This document shows positions 41,822-51,578 of a DNA stretch of 64,000 nt, piece by piece. Source of the stretch: Tolypothrix carrinoi HA7290-LM1 (lineage in GTDB: Bacteria > Cyanobacteriota > Cyanobacteriia > Cyanobacteriales > Nostocaceae); the NCBI GenBank assembly GCA_019358935.1, contig JAHHIK010000020.1:26806-90805 (forward strand), in the 5' to 3' direction. Position numbers and translations under genes: made by a program. The first letter of the stretch is position 1. Each line of letters begins with the position of its first letter. The notes under the pieces are model-generated. The model was not told the origin of the DNA, searched no databases, and saw only the letters and a program-made list of their open reading frames with translations.

Positions 41822-42328
41822 ATGTTTTATCAGATAATATTAAGCTGCATATTAACGCTATTATTACTACTATCTTCGGGAGTATTTTTCGCAGATTCGG
41901 CGTTTGCTTTGTTGCGACAGCATCACGATGCACCTGGAGTTTTACGCTATCATTCTCATGTGTCTATTAAGGATGATTTCGGCTACACTTGGCAAGTGGT
42001 ATTGTTCAAATTATTTCCACCAGGTAAAGCAGTAGAATTCAATCTTAGGTTGGTCGGTTTTCCTGGGGTATTTGAGTTTGCTCATCCTCAATCTTTGGAA
42101 ATTGTCACGGCAAAGGGTAAACTGTTAAGCGCATCTGATGTGTATGCAGAAAAATCACCTTCTCCTAATGTCGGAGATTACAATTTAACAAATGTTTTAT
42201 TTAAATTGACAACAACCGATTCTCTAAAACTTTATGTACCGCTATCTGGGGAAGAACGTTTAGTTTTACAAATTCCGGCATCTGTGGTGACAGAATGGCA
42301 ATGGCTTGTAACTGATTTTAATTCATAA
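41822..42328 (+). CDS. DUF3122-like exported protein
   Basis: Signal peptide, WQVVLFK, LRLVGFPG...HPQSL. Confidence 0.75.
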   Translation: MFYQIILSCILTLLLLLSSGVFFADSAFALLRQHHDAPGVLRYHSHVSIKDDFGYTWQVVLFKLFPPGKAVEFNLRLVGFPGVFEFAHPQSLEIVTAKGKLLSASDVYAEKSPSPNVGDYNLTNVLFKLTTTDSLKLYVPLSGEERLVLQIPASVVTEWQWLVTDFNS

Positions 42329-44098
42329 ATTTTTATTTTTTCGTTCTGACAAAGATACACTACCAATACCTTGGAGAATACCACGACCGATTAACCCCAA
42401 ACCTCTACCAATTATTTGGGTGAGAACAAAAACAATACCGCTACCTGCGAAAGATAAAAGTGATTTTAGACGAGGAGCGATCGCATCCCGAAATTCTAAT
42501 GCTAATGTCACTAATAGCGGAATCCCAGAAAGTTGAGCTAATTCTTGATTGCGGGGAGCATAAATTGATATTTTCGCAATGCCGCGAGGGGTAAATACAA
42601 GTAGTTCATAACGACTTTCAAAAATCGCTTGAGCTTCGCTGACATAATTTCGCAAGCGATATTTCCATGATAAATCATTGCGGAAACGTTCGATTTCTCG
42701 CGTGGATATAAATTGGCGATCGTAAAAAGTTTGTTTAATTTTTTCTACATCTGCTAAAGTGTTAAGCAGTGGCTGCACTACACCATTTGCCACTTGAATT
42801 AATAAGTTTTCTAAAATCATTAAAGATTGCTCCATCGCCTCTACGCTACCCGCTGAGTAAATGGTATTATCAATAGATAAATCTGTTTGAAATAGTAGAT
42901 AAGAAAATAACTCTACTACCAGAGGAATCTTTAGAAGAATTTCTGTTTCTACAACTTTAGCAGCTTGCAACAAGAAAGTAACAATTTCTAAATTTTGATT
43001 ACCTACTTGCACTTTGGTAAATTTCCCAAAAAAATCTGTTGTTGATGCTTGCCATAAATCACGCAATATGATATTTTTTAACTCATATAATTGATAAACT
43101 TCTATTTGAGAAATACGCACTTCATCCAAAGAATTAGCAAGCTTTTGCAGAATGAGATAAAGTAACTCCCGTTTTTTTTCTTGGCGAAAAATGTCAATTT
43201 CTAAAGGTTCATCGCCCAAATTTTGTAAAGGTAATTGAAGTTTAGCAACACAAGATGAAAATAATGTTGCTTGCAGCGCTCTTGGGCTAAGTAAAGAAGG
43301 AGAATTTTGCTTTATTGGTGATATGACAACAGCACTATTAAGTGAAGGATTTGTTGGTGGTGAATCTTGAGTAGCAGCAAGCGCTGTTATTTTGTCATAT
43401 TGCCTTTCTTGGGGTGTGGCTAACAGCCGATTAACTAGCCAACCTGCTGCTAATAATTCGCGTCGCTGTCCAGCTAAAATAGCTCGATCTAGTAGCGGCA
43501 AACCGGGGACTTGCAATTGTGCCGTCACTTTTGCCAAAGTAGCGTTAATGTAATCAATTCCTGATAAACGCCAATTATTCCGCAGCCTAGCGAAAGGAAC
43601 AGGGGAGGAGTGAGGTAGAGACGTTCCTGAGGAACGTCTGTACGAAAGTGAGGAGTTAGGAGTTATTTTTCTCCCACTCCCCCCCTCAGACACTCCATCC
43701 CAATAACTACCACCAGATGCTAAGAGTTGCATCGCATCAAGCAACTCAGAAACAGGTGTCCCTTTGGGACAGTAGCCATCTACACCAGCATCTCTGGCTG
43801 CCATCAGTAGCCCTGGTTCGGAAACAGAACTGAGCAGTAAAATCGGTAAATTGGGGTACTCAACCTTGAGTTGGCGACAAAGTTGTAAATAACGACTGTT
43901 ACCTAGTTCCAAAATTACTAAATTCACTGCTTTTGGGTCTTTTTTGGCAAAGGAAGCCAATATGTGCAGCGCGACGGTATCTGTTTGAGCCTCTGCTGTA
44001 ACTTCTAAATGAGAAACTTGTTCCAAAGCTACTCGCAACCCAAGCCGGAAAATTGGGTCTTGGTCGATTAATAATACTTTCAGAGGGCGATCGCTCAT
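42323..44098 (-). CDS. ycf55: Ycf55/DUF3685 protein with N-terminal receiver domain
   Basis: Atypical REC domain (LIDQD, GYCPKG), STREIERFRNDLSW, IGRGLGLIGRGILQG. Confidence 0.8.
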   Translation of the reverse strand: MSDRPLKVLLIDQDPIFRLGLRVALEQVSHLEVTAEAQTDTVALHILASFAKKDPKAVNLVILELGNSRYLQLCRQLKVEYPNLPILLLSSVSEPGLLMAARDAGVDGYCPKGTPVSELLDAMQLLASGGSYWDGVSEGGSGRKITPNSSLSYRRSSGTSLPHSSPVPFARLRNNWRLSGIDYINATLAKVTAQLQVPGLPLLDRAILAGQRRELLAAGWLVNRLLATPQERQYDKITALAATQDSPPTNPSLNSAVVISPIKQNSPSLLSPRALQATLFSSCVAKLQLPLQNLGDEPLEIDIFRQEKKRELLYLILQKLANSLDEVRISQIEVYQLYELKNIILRDLWQASTTDFFGKFTKVQVGNQNLEIVTFLLQAAKVVETEILLKIPLVVELFSYLLFQTDLSIDNTIYSAGSVEAMEQSLMILENLLIQVANGVVQPLLNTLADVEKIKQTFYDRQFISTREIERFRNDLSWKYRLRNYVSEAQAIFESRYELLVFTPRGIAKISIYAPRNQELAQLSGIPLLVTLALEFRDAIAPRLKSLLSFAGSGIVFVLTQIIGRGLGLIGRGILQGIGSVSLSERKNKNL

Positions 44099-44605
44099 AG
44101 TCCACTCAAAAACATAGATGCTATTTTTCGCGCTTTTAGAAAACAGCTGTCATACTTAGTTTAATCCCCTCATTATTGCCCAATTCACACTCAAGCCTGA
44201 TACATAAATTCAACCAAAAAAAGCCGTTAAAACGTACCCAAGGCACATGGCTGGCGTTTCAAATTGCTTATCTACAAGCTTTGCAACAAGTTATAGACCA
44301 AGAAGTAAGTCTACAAAAACCTTGGTTAGACCGGGCAATTATCACAGGATAAGGGGACAAGAGCGACAGTGCAATCAAAGGGCGATCGCTCAAAATTTCT
44401 TTACATTCTTCAAACAAGCTGGGTTATTAATCAGTAAATCAAATTTAGGACAATTCCTATTCAGCGTACACCAGAAGCTCTGAAAATCTTACACTCGCAA
44501 CATTATCAAAGTATGAGAAAGTGGGGAGAGGGGGATGAGGCTGATGGGGGGAAGTGGGAGAACAATACTCCTGTACAGACGCGACCGGTCGCGTCTCTAC
44601 AACTC

Positions 44606-45055
44606 CTAACTTTCGGTTTTGTTCTGCCGATAGCCGTAAAAGTTAATATTGTATTCAGTAATTTTCACTCCGGTTTGTTCTTCAACTTGGCGGATAAAAT
44701 CTTCTGGTAGTTCGATATGAACATCGAGAATTTGATTTGTATCTATGCAGTTGACATGACTGTGGGAATCACTGATATTACCGTATAAACGTCCATCGCA
44801 GCGTTCGATGCACTCAATGATATTTTGACTGGATAACGCTTCTAAGTTTTGATATACAGAGGTATGTCCGATTTCTTTGCCTTCTTGATTTAGGCGATCG
44901 TAAATCTCTCTGGCAGAAAGATGCTCTTTTGCTTGCCACAGTAGTTCTAAAATAAAGCGACGCTGCCGGCTAACGCGCATACCCAGTGTTTGGCATCTGT
45001 CAATAGCATCTTCTAGAGAACGAATTGGTTTTGTAGAGATGACTTGTTTTTGCAT
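44606..45055 (-). CDS. Fur-family transcriptional regulator
   Basis: GMRVSRQR, HLSAREIY, IGHTSVYQNL, HSHVNC. Confidence 0.9.
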   Translation of the reverse strand: MQKQVISTKPIRSLEDAIDRCQTLGMRVSRQRRFILELLWQAKEHLSAREIYDRLNQEGKEIGHTSVYQNLEALSSQNIIECIERCDGRLYGNISDSHSHVNCIDTNQILDVHIELPEDFIRQVEEQTGVKITEYNINFYGYRQNKTES

Positions 45056-45347
45056 ATTTATTTAAGTTTCTTAACTGTTGGGGTTATTTTTATGTTTGAA
45101 CGTGTAATTGTTATTTTATTTATGCAATGTTTTTGTACTTTGCACTCTCATCCCTATATCTGTGTTTTTGCTTTTGATTGCTACGCAAGCACAAAGAAGA
45201 GCGATTAGTTTTTGTGCTTCTTGAGAGTTGCTTTTTCACACCCTAATCTAAAACAAACTCATTACAACTTTAGCTTAAAATCACGCCTTACGTCTACTTG
45301 AGGCAGGCGTTTCAGTTATATTAGGGGTATATAGATAAACTGGTGTG

Positions 45348-45860
45348 CTACTTGTGTAGGCGATTTTCCTCTAGGAGGCAAGTAATCATAGCGGTTCTGG
45401 AAGTGACACCGAGTTTGACAAAAATACGCCGCAGGTGAGTAGCGACAGTCCAAGGGCTAATTTGAAGCTTAATGCCAATACATTTGTTAGAAAGACCCTG
45501 TGCGACTAATTTAGCGATCGCCTGTTCGCGAGGGCTGAGATTAATTTTTTCTTCAGAATTATCAGGATACTCGTAAGAATGGTCTGCATCTCCATCAAGT
45601 GAAGGGTTTTCCTGGGATGGAAACGGTGGGTGGGAGATTGATTTTTCCTGGCTACAACGCACCAGGTAGTAATGTACACCATCTACATCAGATTCAAAAA
45701 TTACTTCATTAACCATCATGTTGGTGGTTTGAACCAGCTTGCGAGGAGGAGAACTAGTAACTTGTCTTACTAAAACCTTTAGCAGCGCTTGTTGTTCTAA
45801 CGCAAGCAAATTTTGATTTTCGGATGCAGCAACCAGTTTCTTCCTCTTGAAGGTCGTCAT
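45348..45860 (-). CDS. LuxR-family HTH regulator (no receiver domain)
   Basis: LSPREQAIAKLVAQGLSNKCIGIKLQISPWTVATHLRRIFVKLGVTSR. Confidence 0.9.
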   Translation of the reverse strand: MTTFKRKKLVAASENQNLLALEQQALLKVLVRQVTSSPPRKLVQTTNMMVNEVIFESDVDGVHYYLVRCSQEKSISHPPFPSQENPSLDGDADHSYEYPDNSEEKINLSPREQAIAKLVAQGLSNKCIGIKLQISPWTVATHLRRIFVKLGVTSRTAMITCLLEENRLHK

Positions 45861-46180
45861 GGTTCGTATTCATCCTGTTGATTTTACTGATACTAAATTC
45901 AAATATTTAGGCAACAGTTCCGCAACTAACACAAAAACTTTTTTTAAGTCATAACTTATTACACTATTTCAAATGGCAAATGTAATCACCCTAGTGTGTA
46001 CTTACAGTTTGCCACCAATAAACGTATAATTGAATCTTTTTGATACAACTCATAACAGTCACCCTCTGAGTAAATTACGGCTTACCAAAGCTAAATATAT
46101 TACTTTTACTACTGAATTAATCGCTAATTTTAAGCAGAAATATCACTAAAATAGTATTAATTCATACAGTATATCTTTGA

Positions 46181-46228
46181 TGGTAGCTCAAATGTGTGAC
46201 ACTCAACCGAGCTACCAAAAATGTGTTT
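46181..46228. promoter_or_regulatory. Candidate LuxR operator
   Basis: Inverted repeat TGGTAGCTC (46181-89) / GAGCTACCA (46209-17) overlapping two direct boxes, TAGCTCAAATGTGT and TACCAAAAATGTGT, in the divergent intergenic region. Confidence 0.45.
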
Positions 46229-46277
46229 CCCTAGAAAAAGCGACTTGTGGCAACGTTCCCAGAACAGTTATACCTAA

Positions 46278-47174
46278 ATGCGTAAGCATTCTCATCCACG
46301 GAGTCACAAGATGTTGGACGGAGAAACGATGCAGCATGAATTTGAAGATGAATTTGAAGACGAATTTGAGAGTGAATACTCCAACGAATTCGAGGATGAA
46401 TATGAAAATGAAGAATTTCTCGGTTCAATTGCCAAAAGCGTAGGCAATATGCTTGTGGGCGATGGAGAAAGCGAGTATGAAAACGAATATGAAAGCGAAG
46501 CCTTCTTAGGAAAACTCCGCCGACTAATTCCCAAAATAACTCCCATACTCAAAAAGATAGCCCCGGTGGCTGCGGGTGCTGTAGGTACAGCGATTGGTGG
46601 TCCTGCTGCGGGTGCTGCTTTAGGTGCGATTACCAGTAAGTTAGCTCGCGAAAGCGAATTTGAGTTTGAATTAACCAGCGAATTTGACAACGAGTACGAA
46701 TGGACAGGGGAAATGACCAGTGAGTACGAATACGAATCCGTACCACAATATGAAGCTTTGACAGAAGCTTTAGCCACCGCTGCCAGCAAAGTTGAAAGCG
46801 AAGCCGAAGCCGAAGGCTACGCCGGTGCTTTTACAGCCAGAATTATCCCCATCCAATCGCCAGCCATGCGTCAAATCACCCCAAGTTTGATTCGCGGTTC
46901 GGTCTACTTAACGCGCACCCTGCGGAAATCTCCGACTACTCGCCCATTAGTCAAAGTAATTCCCTCAATTGTTGACAGAACTAGTAAGACCTTAGTTAAA
47001 CAAGCAGCAAAAGGACAGCCAATTACACCCCGCACGGCTGCTCGTGTGATGGCTGGTCATACCCAAAAGGTACTTAGCAGCCCTGCAACCGTAGCCAAGA
47101 CGCTAATGGGTTCACCTAAACCAGGGCGGAAAATGAAAAAGCCTGTACCAGCTAAACGATCAATGGGTAATTGA
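46278..47174 (+). CDS. Acidic-spacer/amphipathic-segment protein A (start may be ATG 46329)
   Basis: EFEDEFE-type spacers alternating with FLGS.. / FLGK.. segments, a glycine zipper, and a basic C-terminal domain. Confidence 0.8.
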   Translation: MRKHSHPRSHKMLDGETMQHEFEDEFEDEFESEYSNEFEDEYENEEFLGSIAKSVGNMLVGDGESEYENEYESEAFLGKLRRLIPKITPILKKIAPVAAGAVGTAIGGPAAGAALGAITSKLARESEFEFELTSEFDNEYEWTGEMTSEYEYESVPQYEALTEALATAASKVESEAEAEGYAGAFTARIIPIQSPAMRQITPSLIRGSVYLTRTLRKSPTTRPLVKVIPSIVDRTSKTLVKQAAKGQPITPRTAARVMAGHTQKVLSSPATVAKTLMGSPKPGRKMKKPVPAKRSMGN

Positions 47175-47333
47175 TACTGGGAATTTAAACGCACAGTAGG
47201 GTGCGTTACTCCGTGAACGCACCCTACAAAGTTTTTAGGTAATCTTATACCGATAAGAGAGTAAGTACATAACAGCGTTGCATTATGCCTTGCAGCATTG
47301 ACAAGACAATTTAAACACAGGAGAACCTAAACT

Positions 47334-48086
47334 ATGTTTGAGTATGAACTGGAAAATGGTTTAGACCGGGAATTTGAGTTTGAATTTGAGAGTGCATACG
47401 AAAGCGAGTACGAGAGTGAGGAATTTTTAGGGAGTATATTGAGCAAAGTTGCACCAATGGCAATTAATGCTGTTGGTAGTCTCCTAGGTGGAGGAGACAA
47501 TGAATTTGAATTTGAGGACGAGCAAGAATTATTTTTGGGGTCAATTGGAAACGTAATTGGCGGTTTGTTAGGTGAGGGCGAATACGAGTTTGAGAGTGAG
47601 TTTGAATCATCTCAGGCAAACGAGTATGAAGCGTTGATGGAGCATTTGGGATATATGGCGGCTAACAGTGAAAGCGAAGCTGAAGCCGAAGCTTTTCTGG
47701 GTGCATTAATTCCCTTGGCTGCTAAAGCTTTACCTGGAATTGTGAAAGCTGCTTCTACGATTATCCCGAAGGTAGCGCCAAAACTAATTCAAGGTGCATC
47801 GAGAATCGGACGGGCAATGTTCCGCAATCGCAGAACCCGTCCGCTACTGAAAACTATGCCAAAGATAATGCAAGGCACTGTCAGCAATCTGGCTCGGCAA
47901 GCACAACAGGGCAAACCAATTACACAAAAGTCTGCGGTGCAAACTTTGGCGCGTCAAACTGCTCAAGTTTTAGGTAAACCGAAAGTAGCAGCTAATTTGA
48001 TGAAGCGATCGCGCGTTATCCATAGCAAAAGATGTCCCCATTGTCGTCACATCTCTAAACAGCCTGGGCAAGCAGTTTATCGGTAA
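47334..48086 (+). CDS. Acidic-spacer/amphipathic-segment protein B, paralogue of A
   Basis: AGGAGA RBS; three FLG-initiated segments; YEALxExL...AA..ESEAEAE and TRPL.K..P.I...T...L..QA..G.PIT shared with A. Confidence 0.85.
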   Translation: MFEYELENGLDREFEFEFESAYESEYESEEFLGSILSKVAPMAINAVGSLLGGGDNEFEFEDEQELFLGSIGNVIGGLLGEGEYEFESEFESSQANEYEALMEHLGYMAANSESEAEAEAFLGALIPLAAKALPGIVKAASTIIPKVAPKLIQGASRIGRAMFRNRRTRPLLKTMPKIMQGTVSNLARQAQQGKPITQKSAVQTLARQTAQVLGKPKVAANLMKRSRVIHSKRCPHCRHISKQPGQAVYR

Positions 48087-48277
48087 TGGGCATTGGGCAT
48101 TGGGCATTGGGCATTGGGCATAGGTTTGGCTGTGCGGTCTTGGGGATCACCTGCGTGGAGCACCTGCCGTCATTGGGCATTGGGCATTGGGCATTGGGCA
48201 AAATTCCTCTCCCCCTGCTCCCCCTCCTCCCCTGCCCCCCTGCCCCCCTCCTCCCCTATAGTTGACTCTTTGGACTA

Positions 48278-49657
48278 GTGGACGCATGTATGAACGGACT
48301 GTTTGAAACGCTGATAGAGGATACAGCGGATGACTGGGGCAATAATTATCAGGTTGCGTCATTATTGTCCCAAAATAATATACCCGCAGACCGCTTTGTA
48401 GAACCACCGAATTTCGATTTTTGGTTGCGGGTACAGGCACTAAATGTTACCAGACACGCGGCGGCGTTGCGTTCGTTTCGACACGATGAATTTGGCACAG
48501 ATGCTGCCAGTCCCAGCGATGCTCACATTGATGCGGTGAATCAACTTTTATTGCAGTTGCGATCGCATTTGCAACGGATATCAAAGACAGTGGGAAGAAG
48601 CGCCCAAGCAGCGATTCAGCAGCCGGATACAGATGTGTTGCAACAATTGATGAGTCATAAAGACCAAGCGCACAACTTAGTCCGAGCGATCGAGCAAATC
48701 TGGGATTTCTACTTAGAGTTATTCGGACAAAGACAGTCCCAATTTGGTAATTGGCTATTAGCTTGCGATCGCATCGCTCTCGATTGTTATCAGTATATTT
48801 ACATGGGCTTGGGACGCTCTCGGTCAATTCCAGCACCCGCGCCGTTTTCTTATATGAAAACTGGCTTTTCTCCGGCGACATTTCGGCGCGGTATTCCCTT
48901 AACTAAACTGAGTCAACAGATTAATCCATTTCCGTTGATTCAACTACCTTATCATCGCCTGGTCAACCCGTGGACATTGGGGGCAATTTTGCATGAAGTT
49001 TCCCACAATCTGCAAACCGATTTAAAACTGCGACAGACTATTCCTTACGCGATCGCTAAACGTCTCCTGAAAGCGGGAATGAGTAAATTTGTTGCCGCTA
49101 CCTGGACTCGTTGGCATAGCGAAACCTTTGCTGATATGTCTGGTTTGTTACTGGGGGGACCTTATGTTGTCGCTTCCTTAATGGATATTGCCGCGCGATC
49201 GCCTCAAGCTACCCTTAATTTTCACCCAGGCGCCCCCCATCCCACCCCGTATCTGCGAGTATTCATTAGCACCGAATTACTACGCCGCATGGGTTTTTCC
49301 AAAGCTGCAAATAACTATCAAACCATTTGGGAACAAATTTACCCCAACCCCAGCGCAGGCAATATTCCTAAAGAAATTCTCGAAACCTTTAGTAAAGCCA
49401 ATCCCTTAGTTGTAGACACCATTTGTTACACCCCTTACAAGGAACTGGGGGGCAAAACTTTAGCTGAGGTGACAGGATTCAAATTCCAACACCAGCAAAT
49501 GATTTTAGAAGCGGGACAACGTTTAGCAACAGGGAACGATCCGGGAATTATTCCAGAGCGATTTTTGATTGGTGCATCGCGTGCTGCACTTGATAAAAAG
49601 CTAGCAACACCTGGGGTGATTACTCAAAACTTTTACAAAGCCCTGGCAAGGAGATAA
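48278..49657 (+). CDS. Putative zinc metallopeptidase (gluzincin-like)
   Basis: ILHEVSHN, downstream ETFAD and HPTPYLR. Confidence 0.7.
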   Translation: MDACMNGLFETLIEDTADDWGNNYQVASLLSQNNIPADRFVEPPNFDFWLRVQALNVTRHAAALRSFRHDEFGTDAASPSDAHIDAVNQLLLQLRSHLQRISKTVGRSAQAAIQQPDTDVLQQLMSHKDQAHNLVRAIEQIWDFYLELFGQRQSQFGNWLLACDRIALDCYQYIYMGLGRSRSIPAPAPFSYMKTGFSPATFRRGIPLTKLSQQINPFPLIQLPYHRLVNPWTLGAILHEVSHNLQTDLKLRQTIPYAIAKRLLKAGMSKFVAATWTRWHSETFADMSGLLLGGPYVVASLMDIAARSPQATLNFHPGAPHPTPYLRVFISTELLRRMGFSKAANNYQTIWEQIYPNPSAGNIPKEILETFSKANPLVVDTICYTPYKELGGKTLAEVTGFKFQHQQMILEAGQRLATGNDPGIIPERFLIGASRAALDKKLATPGVITQNFYKALARR

Positions 49658-49663
49658 AAAATT

Positions 49664-51472
49664 ATGATCACATATCGGATTCGCGGTCAAGTACTTAAAG
49701 ATGAAAAAAATGAAAAACTGATTCCAGAAGCTGAAAAAAATGAAAAACTGATTCCAGAAGTTGTGCCTCTGCGAGTTGAGGCTTGGGATAAAGATGAACA
49801 CTTTGATGACCGGCTTGACAGCAGCAAAACTGATTTAGGCTTTTTTGACATCGAATTTACAGATGAAGATTTCAATCAAGATACAGAAGAAAGAGATTGG
49901 ATACCTGATGTTTTCTTCGTAGTTTATCGTGGCAAAGATTTAGTGGGTAGCACTGTTGAGGCTGACATTCCCGGTATTGTTTGGAAATATTTTCTCGTTG
50001 TGTCTCAGCAATCTCCATTTCTCCCTTCATTACCTCTAAAATTGAATGGACAAGAAACTAAATACTCAATTAAAATTCAGGCAGCAGGGATAGTTCCGGA
50101 AACGCCGACACAACCCAAACCTTTAAATGGGTTTCAAGTATATAACGATAATGTAGTTGATATTTTGCCCACAATCGAGAATGTTAACTCTCTAGCTGCA
50201 AGTCGAAATTCGGCTTTAGTTACTGTTGATAATAGTGGTGGTTCTTTACAGCAAATTGTCGATAATGCCCTCGGTCAAGTGCTGTGTAGAAGCTCTAAAA
50301 ATGACCCCAAAGCCTTTCTAGATTCGCTGACTAAAACCTTTACTCCTCAAGAAAGTAACGGACGCATTACTTATAATTGGACGCCTTGCAGCTACAACAC
50401 AGTCCAAACTGAACTAGGGGGGACAGTGAGTGGGGCACAAGCTAGCCTTTTTCATCGTGCCAAAACCTTATTAGATGATGCCTTGCGGCAGTTAGATAAA
50501 CTTTATGCCCTTAACCCCGCAGCCGATCCGCAGAATATGGAAGCAGTGCGATCGGTTGTTCGGACACAAATAGTTGAATTAATTAATGAATTGGGAACTC
50601 AAGGGGGACCACGCACTCAGCGCGTTGATAGTTTGTTTCAGCTATTGGTAGGAGATGCAGAAGAAAACGATAGCTTTGATAAAATTGGGGGACAGCTAAA
50701 AGATTTGGCTGAGATTTTTGGATTAACGCGATCGCGTGTCAACAACGTTGATGAAGAACAAAATTTCAGCAACTACCTAATTATCAAAGATTCGCTACTT
50801 TCGATCAGAGACAGTTGGAATGCTTTTAATGCTGATACTGGTGGTGGTGCTTACATTGGTACGCAATTGGTCTTGTTATCTCAAGCTTTGTCAGTCGTTG
50901 CCGAATCAGTTCAAGAAACTTATCGGATTATGGATAGTGTTTTCCTCGGTCCTGCCGAGAGACAAGCTGTTTGGATTGATTTTGCCAAAGCTAGACAAAA
51001 TCCCCCAAATCGCGATCGCAAGTCGGCATTTCCTTTACCAGATGGCACTCAATACACTATCGAAGAAACCAAACAATTAAAGCCGGCGATGACAATCGAA
51101 AAACTGTTGTCATGGACATTAAATTGGTCAACCAAAGAAGCCCCGACAATTGCGATCGCCGGTGGCAAATTAGGCATCGCCAAATCAATCGTCGAAACCT
51201 CAAACCGATTAATGATTTTGATGCAAGCGGCTTCTTTCGTGCGCGTTCCCAACACAGCATTTCAACGAGCAGGTGTAGTTCGTGCGTTGAGAGATTTGGC
51301 ATTCCAATTGTATGAAGTCAAACGTTTGGCAGTAGAACTAATTCCACCTTTAACTGGTGAAAAAATGCCTGATGCAGATGATGTGAAAGACTTGTTGCAA
51401 GATATCCGAGATTTGTTGAAAAATCCCCAGCGTCAAGCATTTATCAGGCAAATCATCAACCGCAACAGTTAA
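49664..51472 (+). CDS. Hypothetical protein: N-terminal transthyretin-like beta-sandwich plus large helical region
   Basis: LRVEAWDKD...DDRL...TD.GFFDIEF...PDVFFVVY; starts 6 nt after the previous gene. Confidence 0.65.
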   Translation: MITYRIRGQVLKDEKNEKLIPEAEKNEKLIPEVVPLRVEAWDKDEHFDDRLDSSKTDLGFFDIEFTDEDFNQDTEERDWIPDVFFVVYRGKDLVGSTVEADIPGIVWKYFLVVSQQSPFLPSLPLKLNGQETKYSIKIQAAGIVPETPTQPKPLNGFQVYNDNVVDILPTIENVNSLAASRNSALVTVDNSGGSLQQIVDNALGQVLCRSSKNDPKAFLDSLTKTFTPQESNGRITYNWTPCSYNTVQTELGGTVSGAQASLFHRAKTLLDDALRQLDKLYALNPAADPQNMEAVRSVVRTQIVELINELGTQGGPRTQRVDSLFQLLVGDAEENDSFDKIGGQLKDLAEIFGLTRSRVNNVDEEQNFSNYLIIKDSLLSIRDSWNAFNADTGGGAYIGTQLVLLSQALSVVAESVQETYRIMDSVFLGPAERQAVWIDFAKARQNPPNRDRKSAFPLPDGTQYTIEETKQLKPAMTIEKLLSWTLNWSTKEAPTIAIAGGKLGIAKSIVETSNRLMILMQAASFVRVPNTAFQRAGVVRALRDLAFQLYEVKRLAVELIPPLTGEKMPDADDVKDLLQDIRDLLKNPQRQAFIRQIINRNS

Positions 51473-51578
51473 TAGTCAACAGTAGTCAACTAACAGTCAA
51501 CAGTGAATATTTGGACTACTGACTACTGACTACTGACTACTGACTAATGACTAATAACTAACAGCCAGGAGACAAATT

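Noticed and set aside
46304..46789. 161-aa Ser-rich antisense ORF
   Set aside because: Mirror of the GAA/TTT-rich codons of protein A.
46278..48086. Known RiPP class (cyanobactin, microviridin, lanthipeptide, Nif11) or contractile injection system
   Set aside because: No matching leader motifs, modifying enzymes, C39 transporter, or sheath/tube/baseplate genes are recognisable.
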